Source: an uncultured Gemmatimonadales bacterium (GTDB taxonomy: Bacteria > Gemmatimonadota > Gemmatimonadetes > Longimicrobiales > RSA9). From it: a stretch of 64,000 bases of DNA. Position 1 is the stretch's first letter. Every line of letters starts with the position of its first letter. The notes beneath the pieces are model-generated. The model was not told the DNA's origin. It worked only from the letters and a program-made list of their open reading frames with translations, and did not search any database. Shown here in pieces: positions 9,414 through 18,008 of the stretch. Where the stretch lies: NCBI GenBank assembly GCA_963798085.1, contig CAWCRS010000007.1:160001-224000 (forward strand). The letters are read 5' to 3'. The position numbers and the translations under genes were made by a program.

Positions 9414-12400
9414 CGGCACAGGAGCGCGCCGCCAGCCGGTTCCGTGCGTTCAGCGTGCAGCGGCCGCAGGCTGCGCAGCTGGCGCGCCTGCTCTCGCTCG
9501 CCGTGCGTGCCGAATCGCATTCTCATACGACGACTCCGCCTCGAGCTGCCGCCGCACGCAGACGTCAGCGCCGAAGCTGATCTCTGGTTCAGTCCTCTTG
9601 TCGAGTCGCGCGGACCGGACCTCATCGTGCTGGAGCGCAACGTGGCCGCAATGCTGCGTGAGACGCTGGCCGGCGACGGGCTGCTCGAGCCGGTCATGCG
9701 CATCACGCGCGAAGCGCATCAACACGCGCCCGAGGCGATTCGACTGGAAGAGAAGGTCAACGGACTGGCGCTGTTGAACCGCGCCGCCGCACTGGACGAA
9801 ATCGACGAAGCGCTGCGCGCAGCGATCCGCGCCATGCGCGTGGACAATGAGCGCGGCCGCGAGATCGCCCGCTGGATCACGCGCGCCGGGCCTCGCCTGC
9901 ACCCCATCGTGCAGCAGTGCCCGAGCTGCATGACCCTGCTGCTGGGCGCCTCCGTGCTGCTGGGCCGGCGCACGGTCGAGCCAATGCCGCAGAGCAGCGT
10001 GCCGCTGCGCGATCTGGGCTGGATCCTGCCCGCTGCCGCGCTCGAGGCGCGTACCGAACTCGCGGTTTCCCGCGTGACGGGCGGCCTGCTCTTCTCAGCG
10101 CCCATCAGCGGTGCGATCACGATTGGTCTGCCGCAGACCAATCCGCTGCTCCTCGAGGTTGCGTGGGAATCCGCTGGTTCATCACTGCGCACCCTGCTCG
10201 AGCCCACGCCCGGTCACATGCTGCCGCTCCCCGCCGATGCGCTCGAATGTGCGCATCACGACGCTGGCAGGCGACGAGTACTCGCTGGCACTGACGGCGC
10301 CGATCGCTGCCGCGTCGCAGACGCAGACCCCGGCGCCGGAACCGGCCGCGGAGGCCGGAGAACGCAGGACCGCGTGGGTCGATGCCGGCGAGTACGCGGA
10401 AATCGCCGCCGCGTGCGTCCGCATTCACTCGTACGATGCGGACGGCTCCTGGGCTACGGGTTTCGTGCTGGCGTCGGGCGTGCTGGTCACGTCGCGCCCG
10501 CCGTTCCGCGACGCCCGCGAGCTGCGCGTCGAGTCGCGCGCACCGGAGCAGAAGGCCGACGTGCTCAATGGGACGACCGAAGAACCTGTGCTGGTCCTGA
10601 GGGCCGCCAACGCTAACGACCTGTCAGAAAGCGCGGTCCGCGTTGACAATCCGCCGTTCCGGGTGGCTGGTGGTACGCGACTCGGCGTCTCGGGTGTGTC
10701 GCAACAGGCGGGATCCCTGCGGCCGGAGGACATCGAGGCTGTGATCATGGGTTTCGACGGCGACCAGCTGCGGGCCATGCGCGGCCTGGCCACCATCGAA
10801 ACGCCGGACTCTCGCCGCTTCGAGGTGCGCATCGAATCGGACGAGGCGGTGCCTTCGTCGTTCGTGGGCGGGCCCGTGATCATGGAGGGCCGCGTGTGCG
10901 GCATCGTCCTCAGCGCCCAGGGCGCACCCGTGCCGGAAAGCGGGCAGGCCTCGACCCGCGCGTGGATCATCACGGCGGCCAGCGGCACGGTCATCGACGA
11001 GACGGTACGTGCGGCTGCGTCGTCGCCTGCGGCCGCCGGGGAAGGAGCCGAAACGGCGTCCGGGACCGGCGCGGGTGCCCGGGAGCAGGCGCAGCCACAG
11101 ACGGCAGGCGCCGCACCAGCCGATAATGAGGTGTTACCACCGGAACTCCGGCAGCTGCCCGACTGGGTGGCGGGCGCCTGCGTGGAGCTGCACGGGCTGG
11201 GCGACAACATTACGCCCGTGGCGGGCTTCTTCGTGGACGAGCGCCACGTGGTCACCGCCGCGCAGGCGATCCGCGGGATCCCCATCCTCAATGTGCGACA
11301 GGGTTCGCGGGCGCAGCAGGCGAGGGTGCTGGCGGCGACGGCAGACAGCGCGCTCCGCCTGCTGGAGCTGATCGACGATGCATCAGGACGCGCACAGCCC
11401 TTCGACACACACACCGGCTACGTCAGCGTGGCCCGACTCGCGACCAGCCTCACGGAGCAGCGCGGTAACACCCTGCTCGTCCCCTCCGATGCCACCATCG
11501 TGGCGCGCACCACCGATGGGTTCCAGGTACTGCACGGCAGGGTGCGCACTACGGACTCGCGGCCTTCAGCCTTCGAGGTGCGGGCGGAGGAACACTGGCT
11601 GCCCGCCAGCTGGCTGGGGGCGCTGGTCCTCATCCGGGGCGAGACGGCGGGCGTCGTAACCGGCATTGATAATCCGGTGTTGGGCGACGCCCAGCTGCAG
11701 GTCACCGGATTTCCCGTGATCCGGCAGGCCCTCGAGCGGGTCGATCGGGTGGCCCGGCAGCAGACCGGCGACACTGCGGAGGTGCAACAGCGCGTAGCCG
11801 AGCGGGCATGGTCGAGCGGTGCGCACGGGTATCGCTTTGCGCGCGTGCTGGTGGTGGGTGATGCCGGCAGCGGTCGAGGCACGCTCATGCGTGCCCTCGC
11901 AGCCAGTCGCGAGCCGGTCGCCAGCGACCTGCGGCGCACGATCTGGTGGGAGGAGGAGCCCCGCGTCGCCCCCGAGCTGCACGCGGGTGTCGTGCTCTAC
12001 AAGGCGCTCACTGATGACTGGTGGCCCATCGCGTTCGACCTTGAGCAGAGTGCGCTGATCATGGTGCTGGCCAATGTACACGGTGCGTCCGGACGTGCGC
12101 AGAGCTGGGCCGGTCGACTGCGCGCGGCCGCGCCGGTGCACTGCCCGATCCTTTTCGTGGGCAGTCGTGCGGACACGCTCGACGATGATGCGAAGAGCAT
12201 GTCGATCGAGCTGGAAGGCCTGGCCCGCTCCGACACCGCGACGTGGCCCGAGCCGCCTCGCCTCGAGCCCACTTCCACGATCGTCAGTGCGGAGCGCGCC
12301 ATCAACATTGATCGCCTGCGTACGATGATCCTGCGCAACATCGACTGGGCGCGACAGGTGGAGGTACAGTCGGAGGCGTTTGCACGCGCCCGCAACCAGA

Positions 12401-13122
12401 CCGGCGACATCATCCGGCGTGCGGGCGGCGCGGCCGCCAAGGAGTCGCGGCCCGGCTCCGCCAGCGGGCAGCAGAGCATCCTGCGTGGCAGCCCGCTGCG
12501 ATTCGGCTGGTACGACCAGCTGGCGCCGCTGCTCGGCGAACGCCGCCTGCGCGACGGTACGCTCGTGATCGATGATCCCGCGCGTTTCGAAGACGAAGTC
12601 CTCGCGATCATGCAGGCCGTTCGCGACAACACGCTCGGTGCTCCCGCGGCGCGACTCGCAGAGCTGGAGCGTACCGCGACCTGGGCCGTCGACATTGCCG
12701 GCGAACTGCAACGCATTGGCGAAGGGCGCCTCATCGATACCGATGCAGGTCGCGTCATTGTGGTGCCGCGCTGGCTCAAGGGCGGCACGTTACCGCGTGA
12801 CCTGGCGGAACCGGCGCCGCTGCTGATGTCGCGCCGCCTGCAGGGAGCTACGCGCGATGTGTGTTCGCTGCTGGCAGCCCGGTTCGCATATACGTCGGCA
12901 GTGAAGCTTGTCGGTGTGGGTTGCGACACGGAGGGGCGAGGCCGGCTGAACGCCAGCATCGGCGGCGCCACGCTGCAGCTCGATCTGCGCCAGGACGAGC
13001 GATGGAGCGATCTCGAGGTGCGCGCGGCCCGCGAGAGTCTACCGGAGAAACGGCTCGAAGCGCCGCTGGCACAGCTGGACCGCTGGTTGAACGAACTGCA
13101 CCTGACCATACCGGTCGCCTGA
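9410..13122 (+). CDS. Multidomain effector or sensor: vWA-associated helical domain, two trypsin-like domains, Roc/Ras-like GTPase domain (frameshifts near 9515 and 10245)
   Basis: ATGA overlap with the vWA gene. LARLLSLAVR...RLRLEL...AEADLWFSPLV; trypsin-like ATGFVL/VLVTS...FVGGPVIMEGRVCGIV and VAGFFV/HVVTAAQ...WLGALVLIRGETAGVV; GTPase-like RVLVVGDAGSGRGTL, LFVGSRAD, IVSAE. Confidence 0.7.
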
Positions 13123-13171
13123 CCGCAGCATGCGTTCCGGATGCCCGCGACGGCATTGTCGCCATGCCGCG

Positions 13172-13894
13172 CTACAGCGGATGAAGCTGCAGCACGCCGT
13201 GGTGCGCGACCGGCGACGCGTCCGCTCCGGCGCCGGCATTTGTCGCACCTGCCGGTTGCGCCAGCAGGTCGGTCACGTCTTCATCCGTGAGCTGCGGGAA
13301 CGACTCGTAGAACTGGCCCACGCCGGGGAACCAGTCCGGCCGCAGCAGGCAGACGACTTCGGCGCCATCGCGGGTCAGCGCATCGCACACGCCGGGCGGG
13401 GCCACGGGGACGCATACCACCACGTGCGCCGCACCCTGCCGGCGCACCGCCGCCACCGCCGCACGCATTGTGGAGCCGGTCGCGATGCCGTCGTCCACAA
13501 TGACGGCCGTACTGCCATTGAGCGACAGCGGCGGCCGCCCTCCGCGGTAGAGTCGCTCGCGACGCTCCATCTCGCGCTGCTCGACGGCGGTCACCCGATC
13601 GAACTTCTCGGCCGGGATGTACAACTCGCTGATGACCTGCCAGTTCAGCATGCGGATGCCGCCACTGGCGATGGCGCCCATGGCCAGTTCCGGCTGTTCC
13701 GGTACGCCCAGCTTGCACACGATCAGGGTGTCGAGCGGGCGCGCCAGCGCACGCGCCACTTCACGACCGATGGGAACACCGCCGCGCGGAAGCGCAAGTA
13801 CCACCAGGTTGGTGCGGTCGCGCAAATGCTCCACGCGCCGCGCCAACTCGCCGCCGGCCTCGGCCCGATCGCGGAAGAGAGGCAAACGCCTCAT
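13172..13894 (-). CDS. Phosphoribosyltransferase family protein
   Basis: FRDRAEAG, VLALPRGGVP, ELAMGAIA, PRPP-binding motif VIVDDGIATGSTM. Confidence 0.9.
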   Translation of the reverse strand: MRRLPLFRDRAEAGGELARRVEHLRDRTNLVVLALPRGGVPIGREVARALARPLDTLIVCKLGVPEQPELAMGAIASGGIRMLNWQVISELYIPAEKFDRVTAVEQREMERRERLYRGGRPPLSLNGSTAVIVDDGIATGSTMRAAVAAVRRQGAAHVVVCVPVAPPGVCDALTRDGAEVVCLLRPDWFPGVGQFYESFPQLTDEDVTDLLAQPAGATNAGAGADASPVAHHGVLQLHPL

Positions 13895-14062
13895 CGGGAT
13901 CCTTCCCATCCCTGAAACCGACAGGGCACAACCACCTGACGCCGCCACACGCCCGCAACGCACTGCGCCCGCAGGACAAGGGCAGCGTGGTTTGCTGGGC
14001 GAAGCAGTAAGGGCGGGCGTGCCAGTCAGGACTTCAGAACACGTGCGAAAGCGAGCCGTCGC

Positions 14063-14335
14063 TCAGGCGACGCAGAGCTGCTCGTCTTCCTGTGGCGTTA
14101 CCTGGATGAACCGCGCCCAGTCCGCATCCAGCACGACTGTCCGGCCACCGGGCGTTTCCAGCAGCACGATCGCCCGCGAATTCTGACGGCAGTGCATGGT
14201 CGATCCTTCTTCGAGACCTATGCCGTAACACAGGTCCTTTAGTGAGCCGAAGAGGATCCGCTCGATGCGGATGGTCTCGTCAGGGTGGACCTCGGCGAGA
14301 CTGCGAAGGGACGATGCTGCCTGCGCGCCGAACAT
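14063..14335 (-). CDS. FeoA-like SH3 domain protein
   Basis: GGAG RBS. SLAEVHPDETIRIERI...LCYGIGLEEGS...VVLDADWARFIQV fits the FeoA pattern. Confidence 0.55.
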   Translation of the reverse strand: MFGAQAASSLRSLAEVHPDETIRIERILFGSLKDLCYGIGLEEGSTMHCRQNSRAIVLLETPGGRTVVLDADWARFIQVTPQEDEQLCVA

Positions 14336-14614
14336 GGCTGCTCCGACGTTGGACATGAACCGGGGAAGTCCGCGGAAGGCGTTGCCAGCGCCCCGCCGGT
14401 CCCGAACAATGACTCCGGCGCCAGTGTCGGACAGTAGGGATTCCTCCCCATCGACCGCCGGGAATTCACCGCCAAACAGGATGTTTTTCACCTACGTTCC
14501 CGGGTTTCCTGCAAAACGCGCTGTTTGGCGGTCGTTTTCGGCGCAAGCGATGCGATGACCTGCCCGGTCCCCGGCCCGCAGGCGCAGGTTCGCCGGATGC
14601 GGCCGGCGGCTGCT

Positions 14615-16588
14615 TCAGGGCCGCCGCTGAACCAGCAGCACGGCCCGCGCGCTGGCCGCGGGATCGTCACGGGTGAAGGCCGCGACCTGCAGGCGCTTGT
14701 CCAGCAGAGCCTCGCGATCGCTCGCGGCCAGTATGAGGGAGCCGGTGGCGTGCAGCTCGCCGCCGTGCGAGAGGCGGGCGATCACGGGTCCCACCGTCTC
14801 GCCCGGGGCCACGCGGAACAGGGCCACGGCCCGCACGCGGTCGGCCTCGAGGCCGGTGATGGTGAAGTCCCATGCCAGTCGGGCGTGCAGCGGGTCGAAC
14901 GTGAATTTCGCCTCCAGCGCAGCCGGCGGCTGTCCTGGCAGCGTGTTAGTGCCGGTGCGCGCGCTCAGCGTGATGGGCGGCGGAGCATGCCCGTCGACGA
15001 GCGCCGGCGTGGTCGCGGGCGGCCGGCGATGGTGCGTCGCCTGTTCGAAGGCATAGGCCAGGGCCACCAGGTGCGCGTCACTGAAGGGCCGGCCCAGCAG
15101 CTCAATGCCCACGGGCAGGCCGTTGCCGTTGAAGCCGGCCGGCGCAGTCAGGGCGGGGAACCCGGTCTGCGCGCTGAGTGCGCACGTGCTTCCGTTCTGC
15201 GGCTCATTGAGCAGCGCCGGCTCGCGGCGCATTGTCGGGTACACCAGGGCGTCCAGCTGCTGTGCATCCAGCGCTGCCATCACGGTCCGCTGCAGCGCGG
15301 CGCGCTGCGCGAGAGCCGCGCGATAGGCATCGGTTTCGCGCGCCGCCGCGGCGTTGCGCCGGCGCAGCCGTTCCTCCAGCGACGCGTGGTACAGGCCGGC
15401 GCGCAGGATGTCATCGAGCGAGTGCACGAATGCGGCCGGCGAGTGCGCCAGGTAATCGGCCAGGTCGAACTTGAACTCGTGGTCGATCACGCCCGAGCCC
15501 TGCAGCAGGGAATCGAGGCCGGCAATCTGCACGCTCACGACCTCCGCGCCCTGCTTCTGCATCTCATCGATCGCGGCGCGCACGACGCGCTGCATGGGCT
15601 GATCGTCCGGAGTATCGCCGAACAGCGGTTCGAGCACACCCAGGCGTGCGCCGCGCAAGGCATCGGCACGCAGCGAATCGGCGAAGTGCGGCATTGTCCG
15701 CTGCTGCACCGCCCGCGTGGCGCTGTCCTGCGCATCATAGCCCACCGTCACGTCCAGACCGATGGCCAGGTCCGTCACCGTGCGCGCCAGCGGTCCGGCG
15801 ACATCCTGCGTGTGCGAGAGCGGCACCACGCCCGCCACGCTGGACAGGCCCTTCGTCGGACGCAGTCCGAACAGGCTGTTCTGGGAAGCGGGGATGCGGA
15901 TCGAGCCGCAGGTGTCCGTGCCGTACCCCAGCGCCGCGAAGCTGGCCGCCACCGCGGCCGCCGTGCCACCGCTGGAACCGCCGGGATTGCGCGCGGGGTC
16001 GTACGGGTTGCGTGTCTGACCCCCCAGCGAACTGATGGTCGTGATGCCGGAAGCCAGCTCGTGCAGATTCGTCTTGCCCAGGATGATGGCGCCGGCTTCC
16101 TTCAGCCGCCGCACCTGGAACGCGTCGGCGATGGCGATGTTGCCGGCCAGTGCGACCGAGCCCGCGGTGGTAGGCGCGCCCTGCAGGTCGAAGTTGTCCT
16201 TGATGACGACGGGTACGCCGTGCAGCGGCCCGTGCAGCCGGCCCGCCGTGCGCTCCCGGTCCAGGTACGCGGCTTCCGTGCGCGCGCCCGGGTTGATCCA
16301 GAGCAGGGCATTGAGTGCAGGCCCCGCCGTGTCGTACGCCGCCATGCGTGCCAGGTAGGCGTCGACGAGCTGCGCCGAAGTGACGCGCCCGTTCGCCAGT
16401 GCCTCGAGAATGGCGGGAATGCCGGCCTCGGTCACCTCGAATGCTGTTGCGGCGCTGCGGGCTGCGGCCGGTTGCGTCTGAGCCCGCACACCAGCCGGCG
16501 CCAGCCCCAAACTCAGTGTTATCAATCTGGCCAGCATCCCCGCCAGCGCGGGCCGCGGGGTGCGGCAGGAAGCAGCGTCGTGGATCAT
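14615..16588 (-). CDS. Secreted amidase-signature protein with a probable C-terminal CHRD domain
   Basis: GPLHGVPVVIKDN, GKTNLHE, PGGSSGGTAAAVAA, GTDTCGSIRIPAS, and a C-terminal extension of about 120 aa. Confidence 0.9.
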   Translation of the reverse strand: MIHDAASCRTPRPALAGMLARLITLSLGLAPAGVRAQTQPAAARSAATAFEVTEAGIPAILEALANGRVTSAQLVDAYLARMAAYDTAGPALNALLWINPGARTEAAYLDRERTAGRLHGPLHGVPVVIKDNFDLQGAPTTAGSVALAGNIAIADAFQVRRLKEAGAIILGKTNLHELASGITTISSLGGQTRNPYDPARNPGGSSGGTAAAVAASFAALGYGTDTCGSIRIPASQNSLFGLRPTKGLSSVAGVVPLSHTQDVAGPLARTVTDLAIGLDVTVGYDAQDSATRAVQQRTMPHFADSLRADALRGARLGVLEPLFGDTPDDQPMQRVVRAAIDEMQKQGAEVVSVQIAGLDSLLQGSGVIDHEFKFDLADYLAHSPAAFVHSLDDILRAGLYHASLEERLRRRNAAAARETDAYRAALAQRAALQRTVMAALDAQQLDALVYPTMRREPALLNEPQNGSTCALSAQTGFPALTAPAGFNGNGLPVGIELLGRPFSDAHLVALAYAFEQATHHRRPPATTPALVDGHAPPPITLSARTGTNTLPGQPPAALEAKFTFDPLHARLAWDFTITGLEADRVRAVALFRVAPGETVGPVIARLSHGGELHATGSLILAASDREALLDKRLQVAAFTRDDPAASARAVLLVQRRP

Positions 16589-16776
16589 GGTACGGTGACT
16601 CCCCGGACGTGGGACAGCCGCGCCGAGGCCCGGCGCGGGGAGCATAATCGCGGGTTCTGTTCCCTGGTGCGAGTGCGACCGCGCGGTCCGGCTTCCGCGC
16701 GCTGCCTCGTGGACGGGTCATGGTGCGGCGCCCGGGAAGGTGCTTGCGCCGGGACGCAGACAGCGTCGCGTCCGCC

Positions 16777-17808
16777 TCAGCGGTGCGTAACGACGAGTTG
16801 CGTGTACGCCACCCCGTCGGGCGTGTTGTTGGCGGGGACGTAGCCGGCGACCTTGCGGGCGGCGATGTCAATGATGGCGATGCGGTCCTGGGCGGAGAGC
16901 GAGAGGAACGCGTAGCGTCCGTCGGGGCTCAGGATGATGCCTTGCGGACCGCCGCCGGTCAGGCTCAGACGGGCCAGCTCCCGGCGGCTGGCGCGGTCCA
17001 CGAAGCGCAGTTCCTCGCGTCGCGCGTCCGGTAACAGCACGGTTCGCAGGTCGGGCGTGAAGCGGATGCGATAGGGAAAGCCGAAGCTGTCCTGTGCCGT
17101 GGTGACGGTGCCGGTGCGCGGGTCGAGCACGCTCACCTTGCCTTCCGTGTTGCTGCCCACCCAGACCTCGCTGCCGTCCGGCGTCACGTTGATCGCTTCG
17201 GGTTGCGCCGGGACCGGAAAGCTCTTCACGAACCGGCCAGCGGGAAGGTCCAGTTCCGACACCGTATTGCTGCGGATGTTGCCCGTGTAGATGCGCGTGT
17301 GATCCCGGACCAGCGCCAGCATGTGCGAGGTGTTCTGCTCGGTGGGAATGACTCGCCGCACTTCACCCGCCTGCACGTTCACCACGAGCACGTTGCCCGT
17401 CACCTCCGATGTCACTAACACGAGACTGTCAGCGGCCAGGAAGGTGATGCCGTGCGGCCGCAGATACTGGCCGAGATCGATCGTGCGCACCACACGCAGA
17501 CCCGGCACGTCGATCACCGTCAGCGTGTGACCGCCCTGCTGTGCACCGTAGTCCGACACCACGGCCACGCGGCCATCATCGGAAACCGCGACCTCGTGCG
17601 GACCGTTGCCCGTGGGCAGCGCCGCCAGCACGCGGCCTGTCGCGAGGTCCACGATGCTGGCCGTTGATGGCGCCTTGTTCGTGATGATCAGCGTGCCCGT
17701 GACGCCCGGCACCTGCGCGCCCGCTGTGCACGGCAGCAATACGGCCAGCACGATGAGTCGCACCATCCAGCGGGTGCAGGCGACGATGTTCGTCCGGCAT
17801 CGGTTCAT
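16777..17808 (-). CDS. YncE/YVTN beta-propeller protein, secreted
   Basis: Signal peptide and repeated PHEVAVS / PHGITF / PEAINVTPDG / PQGIILSPDG blades. Confidence 0.85.
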   Translation of the reverse strand: MNRCRTNIVACTRWMVRLIVLAVLLPCTAGAQVPGVTGTLIITNKAPSTASIVDLATGRVLAALPTGNGPHEVAVSDDGRVAVVSDYGAQQGGHTLTVIDVPGLRVVRTIDLGQYLRPHGITFLAADSLVLVTSEVTGNVLVVNVQAGEVRRVIPTEQNTSHMLALVRDHTRIYTGNIRSNTVSELDLPAGRFVKSFPVPAQPEAINVTPDGSEVWVGSNTEGKVSVLDPRTGTVTTAQDSFGFPYRIRFTPDLRTVLLPDARREELRFVDRASRRELARLSLTGGGPQGIILSPDGRYAFLSLSAQDRIAIIDIAARKVAGYVPANNTPDGVAYTQLVVTHR

Positions 17809-18008
17809 GATGTCTGGCTCCCTGGCTGGTATGCGTCCCGGCCCTGCTGCATGGTGTCGCGCCGGCCGCCCGATCGCAATGCCATGCGATCCCGCGCCGG
17901 TCACGCTTGATCCCGGTACCGCCACGCCTCGAAGATGGCACGCGGCGAAACCTGCGGAACCGACTCGCCGTATTGCCGGTCAATTCCAGCACAGCCGGAG
18001 ATCGCTCG

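Noticed and set aside
14525..16843. Long shadow ORFs (also 5499-6971, 23939-26221, 49641-51305, 61594-63012)
   Set aside because: They are antisense or alternate frames of well-supported genes and are Arg/Ala-rich, as expected in high-GC DNA.
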